DNA of 64,000 bases from Bacilli bacterium (GTDB taxonomy: Bacteria; Bacillota_I; Bacilli_A; RFN20; CAG-826), in the NCBI GenBank assembly GCA_045615605.1, contig JAZLFE010000071.1, positions 2,567-66,566 of the forward strand. The letters are read 5' to 3'. Positions 1 to 7,729 of this stretch are shown piece by piece; positions within the stretch are counted from its first letter, which is position 1; each line of letters opens with the position of its first letter. The position numbers and the translations under genes are program-made. The notes beneath the pieces are model-generated. The model ran no database searches and was not told where the DNA came from. It was given only the letters and a program-made list of their open reading frames with translations.

Positions 1-692
1 TTTAAAAAATTGCATATTTTATTAAGTTTATTATAACAATCAAATTCTTTTAAATCTTGAATCGCCACTCCACATTTTTTCCCATATTTACCATCAGAAA
101 AGCTTTCAAAATTTGAAAAGCTAAAATCAGGCCGTTTGTAACCAACTTCTTTTAAAGCGTTAACCAAAATTCTATTTACTTCCGTGCAAATCTTTACAAT
201 CATCTGGCAATACAATGATTTGATAATTTTATTATATTTGTTTTCTCTTTTAATTCCTTCGAGCAAGGAGTCTACTTCTATTTCGTCTAAATCATCAACA
301 TTACTAGTAAACATTATCGCATTAGAACGATAATCCTCTTTAACTTGCGAAGGTGTTTTGATTGCAGAAAATAATATTTTGTATTCCTGCTCCCAATCGT
401 TTTTTAATTCATTCAAATAATCAGCAAACACATTAATCAAGTAATCATTTCTATGTATTTTTGTAGGAGTGTAATAAGGAGTTTTTCTTAATTTAAATAA
501 ATCATCAGGAGTGAATTCTGTTTTACCAAAAATGTGATTAATAATATATTTATATCTTTTCGTATCTATATGTATCCTTCCGTGTTTTGGGTGAATGCCC
601 CAAAATTCATATTCAAAATAATAATCGCCATCAAATTTATCTCTATCAAAACGAGAATAATCATAACGAATAACTTTATTATTTCTTTTCAT
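1..692 (-). CDS. hypothetical protein; start codon at 690-692, C-terminus runs off the left edge of the window
   Basis: Minus-strand ORF open from 692 to position 1 (translation begins MKRNNKVIRYDYSRFDRDKFDGDYYFEYEFWGIHPKHG). I recognise no family. It is missing from the ORF track, presumably because it is truncated by the window edge. Confidence 0.4.
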   Translation of the reverse strand, partial: MKRNNKVIRYDYSRFDRDKFDGDYYFEYEFWGIHPKHGRIHIDTKRYKYIINHIFGKTEFTPDDLFKLRKTPYYTPTKIHRNDYLINVFADYLNELKNDWEQEYKILFSAIKTPSQVKEDYRSNAIMFTSNVDDLDEIEVDSLLEGIKRENKYNKIIKSLYCQMIVKICTEVNRILVNALKEVGYKRPDFSFSNFESFSDGKYGKKCGVAIQDLKEFDCYNKLNKICNFL

Positions 693-852
693 AAATTATT
701 TTGTATTTGGCTATACGCCACTCCATCTAAAAAGATCATAGGTGTAGCGAGAACTGTACTATCGTCTCGCCTTAGCCAAATATATTCTAACATATACGCT
801 AACTATTATTTCTTCTTAAAATAAATAATGTTGTTTTGTGAATCTATAGTTC

Positions 853-884
853 ACAAAAAAACCCGCTTATCGCGGGCTTTTAAT
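853..884 (-). terminator. rho-independent terminator (hairpin CCCGC-ttatc-GCGGG flanked by A-run/T-run), bidirectional in form
   Basis: The stem cccgc (862-866) pairs with gcggg (872-876). An A7 run lies upstream and a T-run downstream on the plus strand. The hairpin overlaps the last codons and stop of the XRE gene on the minus strand. Confidence 0.6.
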
Positions 885-1118
885 TCTAAGTCTATCGGTA
901 AGATATAGATATTGTTCTAACTTCATTGGACACTTATTTTTAAGCATTCGATTTAGGTATTCACGTGAGATTCCTAATTCTTTAGCAATAACAGCCTGAG
1001 TTAGATCACTTCTATCTTTAATAGACTCACGAATTACTTCCAAAATTTTATTCATGGAAGAGAAATAGTTATTCATAATGTTACCTCCTCCACTGCAATA
1101 AATTGCATGAGATAACAT
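867..1118 (-). CDS. XRE-family helix-turn-helix transcriptional regulator (small)
   Basis: The 83-aa product contains an HTH-like segment, LTQAVIAKELGISREYLNRMLKN, typical of Cro/C1-type regulators. Confidence 0.5.
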   Translation of the reverse strand: MLSHAIYCSGGGNIMNNYFSSMNKILEVIRESIKDRSDLTQAVIAKELGISREYLNRMLKNKCPMKLEQYLYLTDRLRIKSPR

Positions 1119-1192
1119 GGCTATTTCGTTTTTATTATATCCTTAAGACGATAAAAAGCAATTAAGTAATTGATAGTAATACGATGTCAAAA

Positions 1193-1795
1193 CTACTTAG
1201 TTCTTGGATTCTTAATCGCATTCGCATAAGAGGTGATACGATTGCGAATCTTCTCATCAATCTCTTTTACTTCGTTTGGTTTTAAAGATGCAATAAAGGG
1301 AAGATTACGGCCATATTCGTTATAGTCTAATCCATATCCTAAAACAAAGTCATCGTTTTGTAACACTAGTCCAGCATAATCAATATGAACATCTAATTTT
1401 CTACGACAAGCTTTATCAAGCAAAGTAACTAATATTATCTTCTTAGGATGATAATGATCTTTTAAAAATTTAATTAAAAAGTGCATTGAGATACCAGTAT
1501 CAACAATATCTTCGATTAAGACTAAAACACGATTTTCAACGTTAAAAGATAAATCTCTTTTAAGGACAACTTTACCAGTAGTCTCTGTTCCACTATAAGA
1601 TGAGATTTGAATATAATCAGTATAAATATCAGTCTTCATGTAACGGATTAAGTCCATCATGAAATTAAGTGAACCTTTCATTACTCCAACAAAGACTGGA
1701 ATATTCTCTTCGCTTTTTAAATCATTATCAAGACTAGAAGCAATCTTCTTACAAATTTCTTGGATTTGTTCGTAATTTAAAATTATATTTTCCAT
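1193..1795 (-). CDS. hpt: hypoxanthine-guanine phosphoribosyltransferase
   Basis: Carries the PRPP-binding motif VLVLIEDIVDTGISM and the C-terminal block LVTLLDK...DYAGL...DFVLGYGLDYNEYGRNLPFI, which aligns with Bacillus HprT. Length is 200 aa. Confidence 0.85.
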   Translation of the reverse strand: MENIILNYEQIQEICKKIASSLDNDLKSEENIPVFVGVMKGSLNFMMDLIRYMKTDIYTDYIQISSYSGTETTGKVVLKRDLSFNVENRVLVLIEDIVDTGISMHFLIKFLKDHYHPKKIILVTLLDKACRRKLDVHIDYAGLVLQNDDFVLGYGLDYNEYGRNLPFIASLKPNEVKEIDEKIRNRITSYANAIKNPRTK

Positions 1796-1796
1796 A

Positions 1797-2378
1797 TTAT
1801 TTCTCCTTAGTGTTAAATATTGGTTTATTGTCTTTAAATTCTAAAATTCTCGCTGCGCTTACAACTGGAATATTAAGGGCTTCAATTTTCTTTCTTCCAC
1901 CTTGGAATTCTTTTTCAATTCCTACTCCTACTCCAATAACCTTCGCTCCAGCTTGATTACATATATTAATAAGACCAACACTAGCAGATCCTACTGCCAT
2001 AAAATCATCAATAATTAATATCTTCTCTCCTTTATTTATAAAGGATTTTCTCACTAATACTTTATTAACTGTATTATGAGTAAAGGAAGGAACATCGGCA
2101 TAATAATTATCATCTTTTAAAGTAATCGCGCTGTTACTCTTTTTAGCGAACACTACAGGAATATCGTTAAGCTCATAAGCTACTGCAATAGCAAAAGCAA
2201 TTCCGCTAGATTCAATTGTTAATACTTTGTCTGCTCCTTTAAAAAAAGAGGCTATATACTTAGCCACTTCTTTTAATATTTTAATATCAATTTGATAATT
2301 AAAAAAGTTATCGACTTTTAAAATTTTATTATCGATAACTAATCCAGATTCTAGGATTTTATTTTCTAATGCCTTCAT
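1797..2378 (-). CDS. xpt: xanthine phosphoribosyltransferase
   Basis: Full-length similarity to B. subtilis Xpt, including LKVDNFFNYQID, IESSGIAFAIA, ILIIDDFMAVGSA and IGVGVGIEKEFQGGR. Length is 193 aa. Confidence 0.85.
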   Translation of the reverse strand: MKALENKILESGLVIDNKILKVDNFFNYQIDIKILKEVAKYIASFFKGADKVLTIESSGIAFAIAVAYELNDIPVVFAKKSNSAITLKDDNYYADVPSFTHNTVNKVLVRKSFINKGEKILIIDDFMAVGSASVGLINICNQAGAKVIGVGVGIEKEFQGGRKKIEALNIPVVSAARILEFKDNKPIFNTKEK

Positions 2379-2398
2379 AAGATATAGGTTATTATAAC

Positions 2399-4540
2399 CT
2401 ATCTAATATGTTTTGGTCTACGAACTTTTTGATAAAGTAAGATAAATGCAGTAATAATCATTAAGACAGTAAGTCCGGTATCTGCTAACACTGCAATAAC
2501 TGATTCCATATCTTTAACAATAATATCAGCAATCATAACTGCTAATTTAACCGCTAAAGAAAATCCAACACAGAAGTAGGCTCTATTTCTAGTCATCTTA
2601 GCTATCTTATGAGCGTCATAAACTTTTGCAGGATTATCGTTCATAATAACAACATCAGCGTTATTCACTGCAACATCACTTCCAATACCACCCATAGCAA
2701 TACCAATATCACTTCTAATAATACTTGGTGCGTCGTTAATTCCATCACCGATAAAGGCGACCTTTGCCTTTGGATTATCCATTTCCATTTCTAAATATTT
2801 AGTCTTATCTTCAGGAAGAAGTTCAGAATGCCAACGATCAATACCAAGTTCTTTACAAGTATTCGCGGCTATCTCTTCTTTATCACCAGTTAATAAAACA
2901 ATTTCTACTCCAGCATAATGGAGTAAGTTAACCATTGGTTGAGCATCTTGTTTTATTTCATCTGATAAAACAGCGTAACCAACATAATTATTATTAACTG
3001 CTAAATATACTATCGTACCCACTTCACTCGCCTCACTAACATTAATATTAAAAGAAGATAAATAATTTCTATTACCAGCAATAATCTTTTTATCTTGATA
3101 AGTTAAGGTAATTCCTTTACCAGCTTCTTCTTTATAATCTTTAACTTTATTAATGTAATCTTTACTTTTAACATGATGCATTATTGCTTTAGCAATAGGA
3201 TGATTAGATAAACACTCTGCAGCGCATAAATAATCTTTGAATTCAGTTTCACTAAGATTTATTGGTTTAACTGTTGTTAACATAAACGCACCATGAGTTA
3301 AAGTGCCAGTCTTATCAGATACTAATTTTTTTAGATGCACTAATTCATCTAAATAATTAGCGCCTTTAATAATAATGCCGTTTTTACTTGCTAGACCAAT
3401 ACCAGCAAAATAGGCAAGAGGAACAGATATAACAATAGCGCATGGACAAGCAATAATAATTAAATTAAGTGCTTTATGCACTGCCTCACTCCAATCATTT
3501 GTAAAGGCTCCAAAGATAACTAATAATAAAGCCGCTGCAACAAGAATACATGGAGTATAAATCTTAGCGAACTTAGAAATAAAGTTTTCTGCTTTGGCTT
3601 TATGCTCTCCACTACTAGCGACAAGTTCAAGAATCTTACTTACTGTAGAGTCTTGATAAGCTTTCTTAACTTGTAAAATTAATGAACCACTTTTTAAAGT
3701 GCATCCACTTAATGCTTCATCATGCGGTCTAACTACTTTAGGAACATATTCACCAGTTAAAGAAGAAATGTCTAAGCTTCCTTCTCCTTCAATAACTACA
3801 CTATCAACTGGGATTGTCTCACCAACTTTAACAATAATTAAATCACCAACTTTTAAATTACGGGAACTTACTACTTTATTCTCTTCTCCATCATATAAAG
3901 TAGCAGTCTCGCTTCTTTCATCTACTGCAGTAGATATCGCATTACGAGATTTATTAGAAGCATAGTGTTCGATTAATTGACCAACTTGGAATAATAAAAT
4001 AACCATTGTGCCATCAAAGAAAGGCTCAAAACGTTCTTCATTAGGAGAGATAATAACCATGATAGATACTCCCACTATCGCTAGAGATATTAAAAAGAAT
4101 TCATCAATCGGATTTTTAAAATGAGCGATCTTATATAAGACTTTATAAAAGATGTTATAACCAATAGTTAATATCGCAATAATATATAAACTTAATGCAA
4201 CATAAGAGTCTTGTTTAAAGGCGAGTCTAGCAATAAGCATTAATATCAAACATATCGCTACACGAATAAATAGAATAATCGTTTTCTTGTTTAAAAATTT
4301 TTCTTGTTTAATTTCTGTTTGCTTCTCACCTACAAAAATTTCGTTAGATTCTACTTGTTTAATTAATGCTTTAATCTCATCAATAGATAATTCATGATTT
4401 TTATAAGTGATATAAAGTCTATTCGCTGCAAAATCAATACGAGCGTATTCAATACGCTCATTATGATTTAGAAATGATTCAACTTTAGCGGCGCAATTAG
4501 CGCAATCAAATCCTGAAATGGTATAGACTTTCTTATTCAT
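2399..4540 (-). CDS. cadA: heavy-metal translocating P1B-type ATPase, Cd/Zn (CadA-like) subtype
   Basis: N-terminal HMA domain with GFDCANCAAKVE (CadA-like CANC metal site). TM6 has the CPC motif (IIACPCAIV). The phosphorylation site DKTGTLT and the hinge GDGINDAP are present. An Asp in the last TM (LADTGLTV) points to the Zn/Cd rather than Cu subtype. Confidence 0.85.
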   Translation of the reverse strand: MNKKVYTISGFDCANCAAKVESFLNHNERIEYARIDFAANRLYITYKNHELSIDEIKALIKQVESNEIFVGEKQTEIKQEKFLNKKTIILFIRVAICLILMLIARLAFKQDSYVALSLYIIAILTIGYNIFYKVLYKIAHFKNPIDEFFLISLAIVGVSIMVIISPNEERFEPFFDGTMVILLFQVGQLIEHYASNKSRNAISTAVDERSETATLYDGEENKVVSSRNLKVGDLIIVKVGETIPVDSVVIEGEGSLDISSLTGEYVPKVVRPHDEALSGCTLKSGSLILQVKKAYQDSTVSKILELVASSGEHKAKAENFISKFAKIYTPCILVAAALLLVIFGAFTNDWSEAVHKALNLIIIACPCAIVISVPLAYFAGIGLASKNGIIIKGANYLDELVHLKKLVSDKTGTLTHGAFMLTTVKPINLSETEFKDYLCAAECLSNHPIAKAIMHHVKSKDYINKVKDYKEEAGKGITLTYQDKKIIAGNRNYLSSFNINVSEASEVGTIVYLAVNNNYVGYAVLSDEIKQDAQPMVNLLHYAGVEIVLLTGDKEEIAANTCKELGIDRWHSELLPEDKTKYLEMEMDNPKAKVAFIGDGINDAPSIIRSDIGIAMGGIGSDVAVNNADVVIMNDNPAKVYDAHKIAKMTRNRAYFCVGFSLAVKLAVMIADIIVKDMESVIAVLADTGLTVLMIITAFILLYQKVRRPKHIR

Positions 4541-4544
4541 AAAT

Positions 4545-5804
4545 TTAGTAAGGTAAAGGGAATTTATCTAATAATAATTTAATTTCTTTTCTAACCTGTT
4601 TTAATACTTTTTGATTATTTCTATTCTTAAGAATAGTATCAATAAAGTTTACTACTTGTTTAAATTCTTTTTCTTTAAATCCACGAGTTGTCATGGCAGC
4701 ACTTCCAATTCTAAGGCCACTAGCTTTAAAAGGAGGTAATGGATCATTAGGAATCATATTTTTATTAAGTGTAATTCCGTTATTATGTAATATTGTTTCT
4801 GCCTCTAATCCATTTACTCCCATGTTAGTGACTACCACGGTTAATAAATGATTATCAGAACCACCACTAATGATTTTATATCCTAATTTCTTAAATTCGT
4901 TTACCATCGCTTGAACATTCTTTAATACTTGTTCTTGATACACTTTAAAAGAAGGTTGAAGCGCTTCGTAGAAGGCAATAGATTTAGCAGCAATAACATG
5001 TTCTAATGGACCACCTTGAGTACCAGGGAATACCGCAGCATTAATCTTTTTAGCTATCTCTTCATTATTAGTTAAGATAATTCCTCCACGAGGGCCTCTA
5101 AGCGTCTTATGAGTAGTAGAACTTACTACATCAGCATATGGAATAGGAGAAGGATGTAGATTAGTAGCGACAAGTCCTGCAATATGCGCCATATCAACAA
5201 ATAGATACGCACCTACTTCATCAGCTATCTTTCTAAATTTTTTAAAATCAATAATACGAGAATAACTTGATGCTCCTGCAACTATCATCTTAGGTTTAAC
5301 TTTCTTAGCAATCTTTCTTACTTCTTCATAATCAATATATCCATCTTTATTGACGCCATAAGTAAATGCTTGATAGTCCTTGCCGGAGAAAGATAATTTA
5401 TATCCATGAGTAAGATGACCACCTGCATCTAGACTCATTCCTAGTACTCTATCATTATTATTTAATAATGCTTTATAAACCGCTAAATTAGCAGAGCTAC
5501 CACTATGTGGTTGAACATTAGTGAATTTACATTTAAATAATTTACATAATCTATTGATACAAGTTTGTTCTATCTGATCAATATATTCACACCCACCATA
5601 ATATCTTTTGCCAGGATATCCTTCAGCGTATTTGTTAGTTAAAACACTTCCTTGAGCTTCTAGAACTGCTAAAGAAACATAGTTTTCACTAGCGATAAGC
5701 TCAATATTATTTCTTTGACGATTGAGTTCTAATTCAATTTGCTTTGCTAATATAGGATCAGCCTGTCTTAAAGTTTTTTTATTCATATTAGTAATATAAT
5801 ACAA
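4545..5804 (-). CDS. glyA: serine hydroxymethyltransferase
   Basis: 419 aa with a PLP-lysine region, SSTTHKTLRGPRGG, and global SHMT similarity. Confidence 0.92.
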   Translation of the reverse strand: MYYITNMNKKTLRQADPILAKQIELELNRQRNNIELIASENYVSLAVLEAQGSVLTNKYAEGYPGKRYYGGCEYIDQIEQTCINRLCKLFKCKFTNVQPHSGSSANLAVYKALLNNNDRVLGMSLDAGGHLTHGYKLSFSGKDYQAFTYGVNKDGYIDYEEVRKIAKKVKPKMIVAGASSYSRIIDFKKFRKIADEVGAYLFVDMAHIAGLVATNLHPSPIPYADVVSSTTHKTLRGPRGGIILTNNEEIAKKINAAVFPGTQGGPLEHVIAAKSIAFYEALQPSFKVYQEQVLKNVQAMVNEFKKLGYKIISGGSDNHLLTVVVTNMGVNGLEAETILHNNGITLNKNMIPNDPLPPFKASGLRIGSAAMTTRGFKEKEFKQVVNFIDTILKNRNNQKVLKQVRKEIKLLLDKFPLPY

Positions 5805-5844
5805 TAAATTATCTTTTTAAGATAAAAACTATATAATATTCTCT

Positions 5845-6636
5845 ATGGCAGAATGTAATCATAATTGTGCATCGTGCAATGTTAAAGACTGTAATTCTCG
5901 TTCTTTAGCGTTTACTATGCATAATGGAAGTAAAGTAAAAAATACCATTGGAATAGTAAGTGCGAAGGGGGGAGTAGGTAAGTCATTAGTTACTACTCTA
6001 CTTGCGATTAAAAAGAATCGTGAAGGTAATAAAGTAGCGATATTAGATGCTGATGTAACAGGACCTAGTATTCCTAAAGCACTTAATATTAAAGGGCATC
6101 TATATCAAGACGGAAATGGAATAATTCCCTTAGTAAGCAAAACCGGTATTAAAGTAGTATCTGCATCAAGTCTACTTGAAGAAAATACTCAACCTATTTT
6201 ATATCGAGGACCCTTAATCGCTGGAATGGTTAAACAATTTTATACTGATGTTAATTATGGAGAATTAGATTATCTTTTTATTGATATGCCTCCAGGAACT
6301 GGAGATGTTGGTTTAACAGTATTTCAATCACTAAATTTAAATGGAATTATTATTGTTACTACTCCTCAAGATTTAGTTACTGAAATAGTAAGTAAGGCAG
6401 TAGAGATGGCAAATATGATGAATATTAAAATATTAGGCGTTATTGAAAATATGGCCTATATTGAATGCCCTGATTGTAAAAAGAAAATTAGTGTCTTTGG
6501 AGAATCTCATTTAGAAGAACTATTAAAAAAATATAATCTTAAATTATTAGGTAGATTACCTATAGATCCTAGTATCACTAAGTTAGTGGACGAAGGAAAA
6601 ATCGAAGAGATAAAAGATATTAAAATTGATTATTAA
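5845..6636 (+). CDS. apbC: Mrp/ApbC-family iron-sulfur cluster carrier ATPase with N-terminal Cys-rich segment
   Basis: Walker A in the deviant ParA/MinD form (SAKGGVGKS), a CPxC-like region (ECPDCKKK), and an N-terminal CNHNCASCNVKDC stretch. Confidence 0.85.
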   Translation: MAECNHNCASCNVKDCNSRSLAFTMHNGSKVKNTIGIVSAKGGVGKSLVTTLLAIKKNREGNKVAILDADVTGPSIPKALNIKGHLYQDGNGIIPLVSKTGIKVVSASSLLEENTQPILYRGPLIAGMVKQFYTDVNYGELDYLFIDMPPGTGDVGLTVFQSLNLNGIIIVTTPQDLVTEIVSKAVEMANMMNIKILGVIENMAYIECPDCKKKISVFGESHLEELLKKYNLKLLGRLPIDPSITKLVDEGKIEEIKDIKIDY

Positions 6637-6641
6637 TAGAA

Positions 6642-6666
6642 AGGACTCAAGCGAGTCTTTTTTCTT
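6642..6666. terminator. bidirectional rho-independent terminator between convergent genes
   Basis: Hairpin gactc-aagc-gagtc followed by a T6 run, with an A-rich stretch upstream. It sits between the apbC stop and the stop of the minus-strand gene. Confidence 0.55.
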
Positions 6667-6685
6667 TTGATAAATAATATTAATA

Positions 6686-7702
6686 TTATTCTTTTCTAAT
6701 TTGACCCATCATGGAATGGACACGAATAGAGCCACCATTCTTTTTAACTTGTTCATTCGCAAAATCAATTGCTTCTTTTTGGGTTGGGAAAACTTTTAAT
6801 GCACGACCAGCGTTCTCGCTTTTAACCTTCCAGGTTTTTAAACGACGATCATGATATGAGATGTGATAAACTTGCCCTCCAGTAGGAGTTGCATCTTCAT
6901 TATTAAACGCTACTTTCTTTTTAACGTAAGAGGTAATCATATTACCTTTATTAACAGTAGTAGTTTTCTTAGGAGTTACTTTCTTGTTAGTAGATGATAC
7001 TGGTTGATAAGCCTCTCCAATAAAGATAGCGTGGAACATTCTATTAAGTAACCAAATAATAACAGATAAAACATAGGATGCACCAAGAACTACAAATGCA
7101 GTAATTAAATTCTTTATAAAGTCATCACCTGCTAAATCAGGAGATAATAGGAAAAAAGGATAAGGCGCAAAAGCTTTAGCAGCTTCCACTCCATCTTTAG
7201 CCTTAATAACAAAAACAGAAATAATTATTCCTACTGCGTATAAAGCGGTAACAATGAAAGGTTCAAATGTTTTTTTGAATTTCGCTTTAGGCTCGATTTC
7301 AAATCCAACAAATTGAATAATTGATAAAGCAGGACAAATAGCGTGTAGAAATAATCCACCACTTTCAATGCCAAATAATATATTAGTCTCAACAGAGTTA
7401 CGCAAAACAAATACAACAGTTAATAACGTTAATAAATTCATTACTGCGCTTATAAATCTCATTGAGAAAAATAAACGAGGAGTTGTATCTTTCTTTTTTA
7501 TAAAACTAACTATATTAGCCCAAATCATAAGAGATGCTGCTATTAAAGTGATAAGACCTGTTAATACAGTATAGAATTTTAAATTACTGATTCCGTTATC
7601 TTTAAATGCTACGAATGTAAAATATAATCCCGTAAGTTCAAGACCTATAACAGATAAATTAATAAACATGTTAATTAAACTAATTTTTCTTGATTTATTC
7701 AT
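6686..7702 (-). CDS. membrane protein (about 6 TM) fused to a C-terminal DUF2188-like soluble domain
   Basis: The N-terminal ~240 aa are hydrophobic helices. A K/T-rich linker follows. The C-terminal ~60 aa (GGQVYHISYHDRRLKTWKVKSENAGRALKVFPTQKEAIDFANEQVKKNGGSIRVHSMMGQIR) match the DUF2188 pattern, G-W-V-K-x-EGA-x-RA-x-x-F-x-TQ-x-EAI-x-A-x-E-x-AKN-x-GS-x-I-x-H. Confidence 0.55.
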   Translation of the reverse strand: MNKSRKISLINMFINLSVIGLELTGLYFTFVAFKDNGISNLKFYTVLTGLITLIAASLMIWANIVSFIKKKDTTPRLFFSMRFISAVMNLLTLLTVVFVLRNSVETNILFGIESGGLFLHAICPALSIIQFVGFEIEPKAKFKKTFEPFIVTALYAVGIIISVFVIKAKDGVEAAKAFAPYPFFLLSPDLAGDDFIKNLITAFVVLGASYVLSVIIWLLNRMFHAIFIGEAYQPVSSTNKKVTPKKTTTVNKGNMITSYVKKKVAFNNEDATPTGGQVYHISYHDRRLKTWKVKSENAGRALKVFPTQKEAIDFANEQVKKNGGSIRVHSMMGQIRKE

Positions 7703-7729
7703 AGAATAAAACCTCCTACAATATTAAAA

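Noticed and set aside
534-824. 96-aa plus-strand ORF
   Set aside because: It is antisense to the longer minus-strand ORF that occupies 1-692, and its translation is low-complexity I/F/K-rich. It is probably not coding.
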